Source: a virus. From it: DNA of 64,000 nucleotides. Below, piece by piece: positions 43,986 to 54,319 of the stretch. Both the position numbers and the translations under genes were made by a program. The stretch spans positions 1-64,000 of the IMG/VR virus record IMGVR_UViG_3300047095_000666. The stretch is one strand, 5' to 3'. Numbering within the stretch: the stretch's first letter is position 1; every line of letters starts with the position of its first letter. The notes under the pieces are model-generated. The model saw only the letters and a list, made by a program, of their open reading frames with translations, ran no database searches and had not been told where the DNA came from.

Positions 43986-46748
43986 ATGGCAGAAATTTCC
44001 ATTCTCAGTAATGCGAGAATCGTAGGTGCCTTGCAGTTCGATAAGGACTTCTCCGAGTTCCCCTCGAACCCCAAGGTGGGCACCCTTGTCATCAAGAACA
44101 AGTGTCTCTACGGTTACATCAAGATCGGCGACCTCGAAACGTGGTATCCGTTTGCGTCTCGCACCAATCACTACATCCACGCCCAAGGCGCGGCCTCCGT
44201 CACTTGGACCGTCAACCACGGTCTGAACTCAGAAGACATCTGGTATCAGGTGAAGGACGCATCCGGAATGATCGTGTCCCCCGCTGGCTTCCAAGTCATC
44301 GACGGTAACACTTTGCAGTTCACCTTCACCGAAGCGATCACCGGCACGGTTCTTGTCGTGTCTACCTCTTCGATGGACGTCCCGAGCCTGCGCACTTCCC
44401 TGCTGGAAATCGGCTCCGACGTGCGCATCGACACTGGCGGAATGACGATCTCTGGCGAGCGCGTGCTGACTCGTGCCACTATGACGATCGGCGATGGTTC
44501 TATCGCTCGCTTCACGGTGAACGACCTCCAGCGCCTGAACCTCGTTTCCGGCGTTGGCGTTAGCCTCGACTTCAATGCTGAGGCCAAGTCGATCACCTTC
44601 AACGCGCCGGGTCTTAGCGTCACTCCTGAGTACGTCGCGAACGAGATCTCCGGCGTCAAGGGCGGCGTCAACACTAGCCTGAACACTCTGGCGAAGATTG
44701 CTGCTGCGATCAACAACGATGCCAGCTTCGGCGCTAACGTCGAAGCCGAGATCGCGACGAAGCTGAACGCTTCCGAGGTGGTCAGCAGCGTCCTGCCCAG
44801 CAAGGTCTTGCGCCTCGACGCCACCGGCAAGTTGCCTGCCGACATCACCGGCAACGCGGCGTCTGCAACTTCCGTCAACTGGTCGGGCGTACAGAATCGT
44901 CCGACGACTCTTGGCGGTTACGGTATCACTGACGCCTTCCCCGCCGCCGGTCTGCAATCCGGAACGGTCAACGTTGGAACCATCGTTGTCAATGGTGCGA
45001 TTCTCCCGAATCCCACTAGCTCCATCGACATTGGTTCCCCGACCGCTCGTTTCAAGACGATCTTCGTCGACGAAGCCAAGCTGAGCACGAACACCCTGTA
45101 CATCGGTGACACTCCGATTCTGGGCACGTCTCAGGACACCATCAACATCAAGGCCGACCCCGGTCAGTCGATCAACATGCAGACTCGCGGCACCGGCTCC
45201 ACGCTGGTGACCTCCGAGAAGGGCGTGACTGTTTCGACCAGCGGTATGAACGCCGACGTCGTGATCCAAGCCACCGGCAGCGGATCCAAGGTTCGCTTCG
45301 GCGCTCCTCAGACGATCGACTTCACCGCACCCGAGGTAGTGACTTATGGCAACAGCACCGTCAGCGGAAACCATACCGTTGGCGGCACCCTGACCGTTAC
45401 CGGCAACCTCGTGGTGAACGGTGCTCAGACCACCATCAACGCTACCACCGTCACGACGAAGGACAACATCATCGTCGTGAACTCTGGTGAACTCGGCACC
45501 GGCGTCACTTCCGGTAAGGCGGGTATCCAAGTTGACCGTGGCGACGAAGCTGATTACCAGATCATCTTCGACGAGACTGACGACATGTTCAAGGTCGGCA
45601 TGGTCGGCCAGCTGGAAGTCATTGCGTCTCGTCCTTGGGCGAACAGCACCTTCTCGGCTCTCGGCCACGGACACGTTGACGCCAACGGCTCCAGCTCCGG
45701 CTTCATGAGCGCAGCCAACTTCACGAAGCTGGCTGGCATTGAGAACAACGCAAACTACTACGTTCATCCGACTGGCGACGGCAACCTGCACGTACCGGCG
45801 ACTGGCACCACCAACAACGGTAAGGTGCTGAAGTCCGGCATGACTGCTGGTTCCGCTGCTTGGGCGTTCGTAGACTGGTCCGAGATCACCTCGAAGCCGT
45901 CCACTTTTGCGCCTTCTGCCCACCAGCATGGGGATGCAGACATCACCGACGTAGCGTGGACGAAGGTCACCGGCAAGCCCACGACTCTGGCGGGCTACGG
46001 CATCACCGATGCTGTGAACGTGTCGGAAGTTGTCACGGCAGCTACGCCCAACAAGATCCTCAAGCTGAACTCGGTCGGCAAGCTCGGCACCGGCATCACT
46101 GGTGATGCTGACGGCAACGCCGGGACCGCAACGAAGCTACTGAACGCTCGTACCATTTCCGTCTCCGGAGATGCTACTGGCTCGGCGTCTTTCGACGGCT
46201 CTGCTAACAGCAACATCGCAATCGCTCTGGCGAACGTCGTCACGGCTGGTACTGGTACGAAGGTCACCTACAACGCCAAGGGTCTTGTCACTGGTTCGAC
46301 TTCTCTCGCAGCATCCGACATCCCGTCTCTGGACTGGACGAAGATTACTACCGGCAAGCCGACCACTCTGGCAGGCTACGGCATCACCGACGCGCTGAAC
46401 ACCTCCAGCAATTCCGTGCTGCCTTTGGCGAACGCAGACATTACGAGCGCGTCCCTGACGACCTCCACCACGACTGCTAACCAAGTCGTTGACAGCTTCA
46501 GCTCTACTGCCTACCGTACCGCAAAGTACCTGATTCAGGCCACTTCCGGTACTTCCTACCACGCCTGCGAGGCTCTGGTCATCCACAACGGGACCACCGC
46601 TTCTCTGGTCGTGTACGGCGACGTCATGACTGGCTCCAGTCTGATGACCGTCGATGCCGACGTTTCTGGCGGCAACGTGCGTCTTCTCGCCACTCCGGCG
46701 AACGCGGCAACCACGATCAAGGTCGTGCGTACGTCCATCGACGCGTAA
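43986..46748 (+). CDS. Long tail fibre protein
   Basis: Three PTTLxGYGITDA repeats, LNTLAKIAAAINND, GNLVVNG..TTIN, DITGNA motifs. Confidence 0.9.
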   Translation: MAEISILSNARIVGALQFDKDFSEFPSNPKVGTLVIKNKCLYGYIKIGDLETWYPFASRTNHYIHAQGAASVTWTVNHGLNSEDIWYQVKDASGMIVSPAGFQVIDGNTLQFTFTEAITGTVLVVSTSSMDVPSLRTSLLEIGSDVRIDTGGMTISGERVLTRATMTIGDGSIARFTVNDLQRLNLVSGVGVSLDFNAEAKSITFNAPGLSVTPEYVANEISGVKGGVNTSLNTLAKIAAAINNDASFGANVEAEIATKLNASEVVSSVLPSKVLRLDATGKLPADITGNAASATSVNWSGVQNRPTTLGGYGITDAFPAAGLQSGTVNVGTIVVNGAILPNPTSSIDIGSPTARFKTIFVDEAKLSTNTLYIGDTPILGTSQDTINIKADPGQSINMQTRGTGSTLVTSEKGVTVSTSGMNADVVIQATGSGSKVRFGAPQTIDFTAPEVVTYGNSTVSGNHTVGGTLTVTGNLVVNGAQTTINATTVTTKDNIIVVNSGELGTGVTSGKAGIQVDRGDEADYQIIFDETDDMFKVGMVGQLEVIASRPWANSTFSALGHGHVDANGSSSGFMSAANFTKLAGIENNANYYVHPTGDGNLHVPATGTTNNGKVLKSGMTAGSAAWAFVDWSEITSKPSTFAPSAHQHGDADITDVAWTKVTGKPTTLAGYGITDAVNVSEVVTAATPNKILKLNSVGKLGTGITGDADGNAGTATKLLNARTISVSGDATGSASFDGSANSNIAIALANVVTAGTGTKVTYNAKGLVTGSTSLAASDIPSLDWTKITTGKPTTLAGYGITDALNTSSNSVLPLANADITSASLTTSTTTANQVVDSFSSTAYRTAKYLIQATSGTSYHACEALVIHNGTTASLVVYGDVMTGSSLMTVDADVSGGNVRLLATPANAATTIKVVRTSIDA

Positions 46749-46818
46749 AACTGAGCGGGCGGAATCTTCGGGTTCCGCCCCTCTTTCATTTCTGTAACTG
46801 CCTAGAGGATAGTGAATC

Positions 46819-48567
46819 ATGGCGACTCAAACCCGTTTCGTGGCCAAGAACGGCCTCGACAACAACAGCAAGACGATCACGAGCGTGGCCGATCCGGTCA
46901 ACGCCCAAGACGCGTCCACCAAGAATTTCTCCAGTAACGCCGACAACCTGACTGCAGGCACCGTTGCTGCCGCCCGCATGCCCGCCTTTACCGGCGATGC
47001 TACTTCTTCCGCTGGTTCCACCGCCCTGACCCTCGCCAACGTGGTCACTGCCGGTACCGGCATAAAGATCACCTTCAACGCCAAGGGTCTGGTGACTGGC
47101 TCCGCGTCTCTTGCTGCTGCGGACATCCCGTCTCTGGACTGGAGTAAGATCACCTCCGGCAAGCCGACCACACTCTCCGGCTACGGCATCACCGATGCTC
47201 AAACTCTGATCGCTGCAGGCACCACCGCTCAGTACTATCGTGGCGACAAGTCGTGGGCAACTCTCGACAAAGCTGCTGTCGGTTTGGGTAACGTCGAGAA
47301 CACCGCCCTCTCCACTTGGGCTGGCTCCTCCAACCTGACCACTGCTGGTAACTTGACTGCGGCTTCGCTGTCTGTCACCGGCAACCTGACCGTCAATGGT
47401 ACGACCACGACCGTCAACAGCACGACCGTCACCCTCGACGATCCAGTCATCACCCTCGGCGGCGACACCGCTCCGACGACTGACGACAACAAAGATCGCG
47501 GCGTTGAGTTCCGTTGGCACAACGGCAGTGCTGCAAAGGTAGGCTTCTTCGGCTTCGACGACTCCACCGGCAAGCTGACGTTCATCCCGGACGCCACTAA
47601 CACCAACGAAGTCTTCAGCGGCTCCAAGGGTACCATCGATGCGTACATCGCGTGGTCTGATGTCACCAGCAAGCCAACGACTCGTGATGGTTATGGGATC
47701 ACCGACGTTCCCAAGACTGACGGCACAGGTGCTTCTGGATCGTGGAATATCAGTGTCACCGGCACGGCAAGTTCTACGCCGCAGCACACTGTCGTTGACC
47801 GCGATCGTACTCTGGCTGCTACTTTGCCGAACTCCTTCGGCCAATCGGTTCGGTTCGACTTTGCGAATGCGTCTGCGACTGGCACTGGAGGCAATTACTC
47901 CGGCGTGATGACTTTTGCTCCTTACACCGGAACTACCGCATCTACTGGTGACGCTTCGTATCAGATTGCGTTCGGCAGTACCGCCGTGAACGGAGGCGGC
48001 AATCCGCAGCTCCGTATCCGGAAGGGCATTGACACAACGTGGAACGGTTGGGTTGACGTACTGACGAGTGTCAATTACAATAGCTACTCCCCGACTCTGA
48101 CTGGCACTGGCGCTTCTGGCAGCTGGGGCATCAACGTCACTGGCACTGCCGGTGGTCTATCTGGCGGTGATTCCACGTTCTACGGTCTGCTGTACAATAC
48201 CTCAACTGCCGATCTCAATACTTTCAATGCTCCCGGTATTGTCAGCGCCGAGTACACTGGCTCCACCAACCGTCCTGTGGCCTCCACGGGTCACATGTTC
48301 CAGATTTCTGATGCTGGCGGCACTGACGTCAAAACTCAGTGGTACTTTGAAAGCACTGGTGTCACTCCCTACGTGCGTCTGCAATGGGGCAATGGGACGT
48401 GGAAACCTTGGCAGGCCGTCCTTACCAGCAGCAACTTCTCCACGTATGCGACTCCGGCAGCACACGCTGGCGACGCCAACATCCACATCACCGCAGCTCA
48501 GAACACGTTCCTTGACGCGTTTGTCACAGGCGGCGATGTGATCCTTGACGCAAACGCTACGTTCTGA
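46819..48567 (+). CDS. Tail fibre protein
   Basis: VADPVNAQDASTK, KPTTLSGYGITDA, VGLGNVEN, gp37-like distal domains (W.GW, WKPW). Confidence 0.9.
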   Translation: MATQTRFVAKNGLDNNSKTITSVADPVNAQDASTKNFSSNADNLTAGTVAAARMPAFTGDATSSAGSTALTLANVVTAGTGIKITFNAKGLVTGSASLAAADIPSLDWSKITSGKPTTLSGYGITDAQTLIAAGTTAQYYRGDKSWATLDKAAVGLGNVENTALSTWAGSSNLTTAGNLTAASLSVTGNLTVNGTTTTVNSTTVTLDDPVITLGGDTAPTTDDNKDRGVEFRWHNGSAAKVGFFGFDDSTGKLTFIPDATNTNEVFSGSKGTIDAYIAWSDVTSKPTTRDGYGITDVPKTDGTGASGSWNISVTGTASSTPQHTVVDRDRTLAATLPNSFGQSVRFDFANASATGTGGNYSGVMTFAPYTGTTASTGDASYQIAFGSTAVNGGGNPQLRIRKGIDTTWNGWVDVLTSVNYNSYSPTLTGTGASGSWGINVTGTAGGLSGGDSTFYGLLYNTSTADLNTFNAPGIVSAEYTGSTNRPVASTGHMFQISDAGGTDVKTQWYFESTGVTPYVRLQWGNGTWKPWQAVLTSSNFSTYATPAAHAGDANIHITAAQNTFLDAFVTGGDVILDANATF

Positions 48568-48594
48568 TGAAGAACCACGCTAGCTTTATCGTGT

Positions 48595-48606
48595 AACAAT
48601 GGTTTA
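48595..48606 (+). promoter_or_regulatory. Putative late promoter AACA-N6-TA
   Basis: AACA ATGGTT TA. Confidence 0.65.
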
Positions 48607-48666
48607 GTTAGCGTGTCTCTCAACAGTGATTGGCACGAATCCTTTTTCTCATTAAGGAAGAAACAA

Positions 48667-49815
48667 ATGGCAAGAATCATCATGAAACCCTTGCAGCTCA
48701 ACGGGCTGAGCGATGCTCAATCCCGTCTGCAAGATGGTGAGATCGGCTTTGACACCCGTTTCGGTACTTTCTTCGGCAAGTACAACGGAACTGTGGTGAG
48801 CTCGGCTGCCGGTCCCTCCAACTGGAAGCCTCTTTCTACTCCGGTACGCGTATATGGCGCAGAAGTCATCGGAGCTCCTTTTGCGGACTATAACAACGGT
48901 CGTAGCAACATCGGCCCGAACGCGGTTGATACGAACCCCGTTGTATGGAGCAACGAGTTCGGTTGTTACATCCCGGCCTCGTCCATCAATAAGAACCCGT
49001 TCAAGGCGTACGGCGCAAAGAACGAGTTCATCTACAAAGAATACTCTCTGCACGAGACCGTAGTCGGAGCTGCCGGTTTCGCACTCGGATCCGCGTTCGC
49101 TCCGGTGAAACGTCGTCGCGACACCAAGACGTCGCTGTCGTTCCAGAACAATGCATCCGGCACTCCGGTGACCGACTACTATCGTTGCTACTACGACATT
49201 CCGATCGAGAATTTCTTCTGCAACGGGCCTAGCCGAGATCTCAATGCAAGTCATACGACTGCAAACGCAACCGCATACCTGATCATGACCGGTTCGGTCT
49301 GCGGCGGTCCCGACCAGTATTCCCGCACTTTTGCCACGGTTGGGCATGGCGCAAACGGTAGTCACTCCGGCTACTACAACTACAATCGAATCCTTGCTCC
49401 GGACGTCAACGGCGGTCAACCGGACTATCCTGACGGCACCAACACCACGCAGTACAACTTCACTCAACGCCGCATGTACAACGGTGCGAACACGTACTAC
49501 TGCGGCGATCCTGAAGTCGGTGACGCTCAGTACACTACCGGCCTGTGCGCGATCCAGGGTCAAGACTACAGCTCCGGTGGCAATGGAATGTACAGCAGCT
49601 ACCGCAATGACTTCCCTGATGGCTACCCGGCTGTCGGAACCGACCCGGTTCCGCGGCAGAATGCAGGGTTCAACTCGTACAAGGCTTCGTGGATCATCCC
49701 CATCGGATACATCGGTGGTAGCATGAACACACTGCGTCTCTACAACTGGGGCTTTGCTGACCTCATCATCGAAGGCTATGGCATCGCTTACATGTCCAAG
49801 CCCCGTCTGGCATAA
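48667..49815 (+). CDS. Putative fibre-tip or receptor-binding protein; paralog of 50204-51304
   Basis: Gly/Tyr/Asn-rich; AAGGAAG SD; located in the fibre block. Confidence 0.7.
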   Translation: MARIIMKPLQLNGLSDAQSRLQDGEIGFDTRFGTFFGKYNGTVVSSAAGPSNWKPLSTPVRVYGAEVIGAPFADYNNGRSNIGPNAVDTNPVVWSNEFGCYIPASSINKNPFKAYGAKNEFIYKEYSLHETVVGAAGFALGSAFAPVKRRRDTKTSLSFQNNASGTPVTDYYRCYYDIPIENFFCNGPSRDLNASHTTANATAYLIMTGSVCGGPDQYSRTFATVGHGANGSHSGYYNYNRILAPDVNGGQPDYPDGTNTTQYNFTQRRMYNGANTYYCGDPEVGDAQYTTGLCAIQGQDYSSGGNGMYSSYRNDFPDGYPAVGTDPVPRQNAGFNSYKASWIIPIGYIGGSMNTLRLYNWGFADLIIEGYGIAYMSKPRLA

Positions 49816-49829
49816 GAAGGAGTAAACAA

Positions 49830-50132
49830 ATGTACGTCACTCGTAATGATACCGGCGAAGAAATCTTCCGTGGCAGTCTGACCGACGCCAAGCGCATCTT
49901 CGGCACCGGCTCTACTCTGATGGACCACGTTTCCGACCCGGAAACCGGCGAAGTTCTGCAAGCTGGCAAGGTAGTCGAAATGTCGGTAGTGTATGAGCTT
50001 ACCGCCGAAGAACAGCGTGCATACCTCGCCGATACCGACTGGTATATCACCCGTCAGCAAGAAACTGGTCGCGAAGTCCCGCAAGCCGTTCTCGACAAGC
50101 GAGCCGCTGCCCGAGCTTTCCTGAATCAGTGA
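49830..50132 (+). CDS. Tail fibre assembly chaperone-like protein
   Basis: RAYLADTDWYITR...R..AR. Confidence 0.65.
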   Translation: MYVTRNDTGEEIFRGSLTDAKRIFGTGSTLMDHVSDPETGEVLQAGKVVEMSVVYELTAEEQRAYLADTDWYITRQQETGREVPQAVLDKRAAARAFLNQ

Positions 50133-50203
50133 TAACTCGGTGAGATCAGGGTAAGACGGATGCCCGTCTTACCCTTCTCGTAGCCGCACCCAAAGGAAAT
50201 CAA

Positions 50204-51304
50204 ATGTCAAGAATCGCTTTCAAACCTCTTAGAATCGAAGGATCGACGTCTTTTGCAGACGGCGAGTTCGGCTTCGAAAGCCGTTTTGGTAATTACGGCA
50301 TCAAAAAGAACGGTGTCATCTCTGTTAAGGGTCGTGGCCCGTCTACTTGGAAGAACTTGGATGCGCCGGTTCGCATCTACGGCGCTGAGGTCATTGGCGC
50401 TCCCTTTCATGATGACGGTTCCACTGCCAGTTCCACTGCCGGTCTTGCTGCCAACCCGGTTGCGTATGATCGCACCTTCGGGATGTATATTCCGGCACCT
50501 TCCATCAATAAGAATCCGTTCAAGGCATACGGTGCCAATGACGAATTCATCTACAACAACTACTCGTCTCATGAGACTGTCGCTGGCGCTGCAGGCACCG
50601 GCGTAGGCTCGGCATACGCTCCTGTGAAACGTAATCGAGCCTCCAAGGCGGTGCTTACTTTCCAGAACACCGATGCCCAGGGTGCCGCGTTCACGGATTA
50701 CTACCGCTGCTACTATGACATCGGTATCGAGAACTTCTTCACGGATTCTCCATACCGTGACATGGACGCATCGTACGCCACCGCGTATTCTACGGCGTAC
50801 CTCATTCTCACTGGTTCTGTCGTCGGCGGTCCTGCCGGTCAGCGGACTTTTGTGAATGTGGGTCGCAACTCCAACGGCGCGTACTGGGGTCTCCACAACT
50901 ACTCTCGCGTCGATACGAACAACGACGGTATCGCCGACACCACGGCTGTGAACTTCGCTCAACGTTATCTCGCAGGCGTTGGTTATGCCGGATTCCCGGA
51001 ATCCGGCAGTGCTCAATACACATCCGGTCTGGTCGCAGCAGAGGGCGTTGGATATTCTGGATCTTCATCGAATCTGCAATACCAGATGTACAAGAACATG
51101 TACCTTGACGACGCTAGCCTCGGGAGTGGAGTCGCTCCGATTCCGAGACGCGAAGCTTTTGTCAACCAGTACAAGGCGTCTTGGCTGGTTCCGGTTTCAA
51201 GCGTTGGCGGGAACAACAACACATTCCGCATCTACAACTGGGGCTTTGCTGACCTCATCATTGAAGGCTTTGGCATCGTCTACATGAACAAGCCGAATCT
51301 GTAA
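50204..51304 (+). CDS. Putative fibre-tip or receptor-binding protein; paralog of 48667-49815
   Basis: Shares YGAEVIGAPF, SINKNPFKAYGA, TDYYRCYYDI, YNWGFADLIIEG. Confidence 0.7.
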   Translation: MSRIAFKPLRIEGSTSFADGEFGFESRFGNYGIKKNGVISVKGRGPSTWKNLDAPVRIYGAEVIGAPFHDDGSTASSTAGLAANPVAYDRTFGMYIPAPSINKNPFKAYGANDEFIYNNYSSHETVAGAAGTGVGSAYAPVKRNRASKAVLTFQNTDAQGAAFTDYYRCYYDIGIENFFTDSPYRDMDASYATAYSTAYLILTGSVVGGPAGQRTFVNVGRNSNGAYWGLHNYSRVDTNNDGIADTTAVNFAQRYLAGVGYAGFPESGSAQYTSGLVAAEGVGYSGSSSNLQYQMYKNMYLDDASLGSGVAPIPRREAFVNQYKASWLVPVSSVGGNNNTFRIYNWGFADLIIEGFGIVYMNKPNL

Positions 51305-51377
51305 CAAAATTGAATGGTCTATGGTCCGCCATAGACCATTCAATACAGCCTATTCGCTTCATATGGGAAACTGCTAG

Positions 51378-51389
51378 AACAAGCAATTA
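51378..51389 (+). promoter_or_regulatory. Putative late promoter AACA-N6-TA
   Basis: AACA AGCAAT TA. Confidence 0.65.
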
Positions 51390-51419
51390 GTAGTCTCCTA
51401 TCATCCTGGAAGGATTGAA

Positions 51420-53228
51420 ATGTCAACCTCTGTTTTCAATGTTAACGGGAAGCTCTACAAGGAAGTAATCCAAAATGGAAAACTGACCTTGGTTGAGACT
51501 TCCCAGACCGAAGTAGACGCCATTCGGAAGGTTCCACTTTCTACGATGGGTCAACTCGTTGAAGAAAAAATCTCCGGTTTCGAGAGCCGCGTAGACTCCA
51601 TCACCGAAGAAGTGACCGCGTCAGTCGCCCCGAAACTTGCAAACCTTTCAGCTCAGAGCGAAACCGTCGAGCTTCACGACGCAAGCGTGTTCGAGTACGA
51701 AGCTGAGAAGTGGCGCTGGATGGGGCAGTCCGGCCTGATCGGCACCCGTCAGTACACTTACGGCGGCACCAAGGCATACCATCGTCCATTCGACATTGCG
51801 TATGCTCCGATGAACATCCATACCCACGCAGACTTTATGGGTCTGCAGGGCATGGCCGAGATCGTCTTGTCGATGAACGGGTACTACATCCGCACCCGTC
51901 ATAACGATTACCGCGATTACCGCCCTCACAGTACGTCTAGTGCGTATCAGGCGACTGAGCGCCTGCCGCGCCCGAGCCTGCCGCCTTTGTCCGGCGACGC
52001 TGCAGCGCAACGGACTACGATGCAGGATTTCTACACCCGTCTGTACAATACCCTCCAAGAGAACGCCGGTACCAAACTGACTACCGCCGAGAAGCAGCTT
52101 GTTCGTTGGGACATGGCCTATGCGGAGTGCTGGTGGGAAGAAATCTCCAACGGCGCAGTGGACGATCCGGGTAACAATACTCGCCACAAGAATGCGTCGG
52201 ACGACGTTCGCACCATGATTCGTGACGCACAGTATTACAACTACGGCGGCCACAAGGACAATCTGGAGAACACCAGCTACTGGGTGGCAGCAGTCAAAGA
52301 GGTCAACAACGACGGCACTCCCTCGTTCGCGATGCTGAAGTTCCGCATCTTGATGATGCCTGTCGCTACCCTCGCGGACTACACTCCAAGTCAGCTCTTC
52401 GACGGTGTGAAAGACTACAGAAGTCTGATGCGCTTCGGGTACTCTGACTTCACCGCCCTCCAGAACTCCCTCCACGGTCGCTTCCGTGTCAAGGAAACGA
52501 GAGACAACTACGGTCTACTCGACACTCTGGTAAACAAGATCCCCGGTCTAGACGGCGGTGCTGCGAGCATTACCGAGGCATACACTCAGTATGGCTCGAC
52601 TGAGACTATCTTCAACATGACCAACAGCGCAGTCAACAACGCTGCACGTTACTTCCGTTACGCATACATCAATACTGATGCTTCCGGTCGTAATTCCGAA
52701 CGTCGCGGGTTCAATGACCCGTATTTGTTCGTGGCCATGAACACTCAAGAGAAGTGTAAGAAGTATGACATTAATGGTCGTTCGTATCGCTTCTCTTACA
52801 TGATTCCGCTTGAGATGGTGCTTCGTCATCCTCTCGAATCGTGGAACCCCTACAGCATCCCGGAAGTCACCAGCGTGACCGGCAGCGGTACCGCCGCCGA
52901 TCCTTTCTCCGGTAACACCGAGAACCTCCATTGGTATCGCACTCCTGCGTCGTTCTTCGATGCTCGGCAGATCTCTGACGCTGCGGATACCGTGAAGACT
53001 GGTCGCTTCTACAAGGGTGGGGATGGAAACGCCTACGCTACCGCTGCGTCTGGCACGTACATCTTCCTTCCGGCCATCAAGAACTCTGCTGGCACCGTCC
53101 TTGTTCCCGAAGGCGGGATCCGGATGCGTTGGCCGATTTACCCGTGTTTCCACGAGGGATCTTATGCCTTCGGCGAAGTCCAGGCTCTGCGCGACTACAT
53201 CGCTGCAGGGAAGACCGTGACCGCTTGA
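51420..53228 (+). CDS. Putative virion protein, function unknown
   Basis: 602 aa; late promoter; His-containing motifs NIHTH and RTRHNDY. Confidence 0.75.
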   Translation: MSTSVFNVNGKLYKEVIQNGKLTLVETSQTEVDAIRKVPLSTMGQLVEEKISGFESRVDSITEEVTASVAPKLANLSAQSETVELHDASVFEYEAEKWRWMGQSGLIGTRQYTYGGTKAYHRPFDIAYAPMNIHTHADFMGLQGMAEIVLSMNGYYIRTRHNDYRDYRPHSTSSAYQATERLPRPSLPPLSGDAAAQRTTMQDFYTRLYNTLQENAGTKLTTAEKQLVRWDMAYAECWWEEISNGAVDDPGNNTRHKNASDDVRTMIRDAQYYNYGGHKDNLENTSYWVAAVKEVNNDGTPSFAMLKFRILMMPVATLADYTPSQLFDGVKDYRSLMRFGYSDFTALQNSLHGRFRVKETRDNYGLLDTLVNKIPGLDGGAASITEAYTQYGSTETIFNMTNSAVNNAARYFRYAYINTDASGRNSERRGFNDPYLFVAMNTQEKCKKYDINGRSYRFSYMIPLEMVLRHPLESWNPYSIPEVTSVTGSGTAADPFSGNTENLHWYRTPASFFDARQISDAADTVKTGRFYKGGDGNAYATAASGTYIFLPAIKNSAGTVLVPEGGIRMRWPIYPCFHEGSYAFGEVQALRDYIAAGKTVTA

Positions 53229-53241
53229 TAGGAGTGTTTCC

Positions 53242-53538
53242 ATGAAGTTCATCAATGTGGTGAAGTTCGTGGAGAAAGTGATCCCCTACGATAAGGCACT
53301 GCACTTCATCGTAGGGGACCTTACTTTCGTCCCGATCATTTTTCTGATGAAGCTGTTCCACATGAACACCTTCCAGATTACCATCTACGGGCTGGCGATC
53401 ATCACCGGCCTTGCGGTGGCGAAAGAGGTCTACGACAAGGAGTCCCACAAAGGAACTCCTGACGCCAACGACATCGTGTACACGCTTCTCGGCGCTATTT
53501 CTACGCTCATAGCGTATCTGATAGGAGCCGTAATGTGA
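53242..53538 (+). CDS. Small membrane protein (VanZ/YfiM-like)
   Basis: DKALHF, AKEVYD, D..DIVYTLLG; three TM segments. Confidence 0.7.
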   Translation: MKFINVVKFVEKVIPYDKALHFIVGDLTFVPIIFLMKLFHMNTFQITIYGLAIITGLAVAKEVYDKESHKGTPDANDIVYTLLGAISTLIAYLIGAVM

Positions 53539-53867
53539 GCAGATACGAACTCAGCGTCCTACAGCTCCAAGTCAACATGTGGAAGATCGAGACTTGGATG
53601 CAAGAAAGAATCTCCCACTGTCAGATGAGTTTCTTCATCATCGGATGCGTACTCTCCTTCACCTGCCTTTTCATCCTGAAGATGATTGGACTAGGCACGG
53701 TGGAGTGTGCTCTTGCTACCCTAGCTGTGGTTGTCGTCATGACGATCCTGGCAGGGGTGATGCGTCAGAAGAAATCCGTCATCATCTACATACACGGCGA
53801 GTCGATCGTGAGCTTCATCGGAGCGATCCTCTGCGTACTCGCCTTCCTCATGGGAGCGATCAAGTGA
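53535..53867 (+). CDS. Small membrane protein with three TM segments
   Basis: Hydrophobic segments; AGGAG SD. Confidence 0.6.
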   Translation: MSRYELSVLQLQVNMWKIETWMQERISHCQMSFFIIGCVLSFTCLFILKMIGLGTVECALATLAVVVVMTILAGVMRQKKSVIIYIHGESIVSFIGAILCVLAFLMGAIK

Positions 53868-54280
53868 AGAACGTAGAATTCCGGAAGATTTTCGGATTTA
53901 TCCCAGTCCCAATATTCTGGACTGAAAAGACGCTTAAAGACTGGCAGGGTGGCTACTCTGTGGGCTTTTTCTGCGTCATCAGACCGAAATACCGGGATCG
54001 CGGCGACGAGGGGATCGTGCAGCACGAGCTGACCCACTGCAAGCAGTTCTACAAGCGGTTCCCGCTTCATGGTCTGCTGTACCGCTTCAACGACACGTAC
54101 CGGCTGAATGCCGAGTGCGAGGCGTACGCGGTGCAACTGAAGAGCTACCCCGACCGGGCGGCTAACTTCGGCTGGATGGTGGATGCTATGGCTACGAAGT
54201 ACAACCTCAAGTTCAGCAGAGACTTCATTGAGATCGAGTTCCGTCGGCATTGCTCCGACGTCGGCATCGATGTGGTCTAA
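53864..54280 (+). CDS. Small HExxH metallopeptidase-like protein
   Basis: GTG start overlapping the previous stop; QHELTHCKQ ... ECEAY. Confidence 0.7.
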   Translation: MKNVEFRKIFGFIPVPIFWTEKTLKDWQGGYSVGFFCVIRPKYRDRGDEGIVQHELTHCKQFYKRFPLHGLLYRFNDTYRLNAECEAYAVQLKSYPDRAANFGWMVDAMATKYNLKFSRDFIEIEFRRHCSDVGIDVV

Positions 54281-54319
54281 AAAAAAATCACCCTATGGCG
54301 CTTTGCCATAGGGTGATTT

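Noticed and set aside
48667-51304. Diversity-generating retroelement TR/VR pair or invertible cassette
   Set aside because: Differences between the copies are not adenine-specific, both copies are full genes in the same orientation, and no reverse transcriptase or invertase is in the window.
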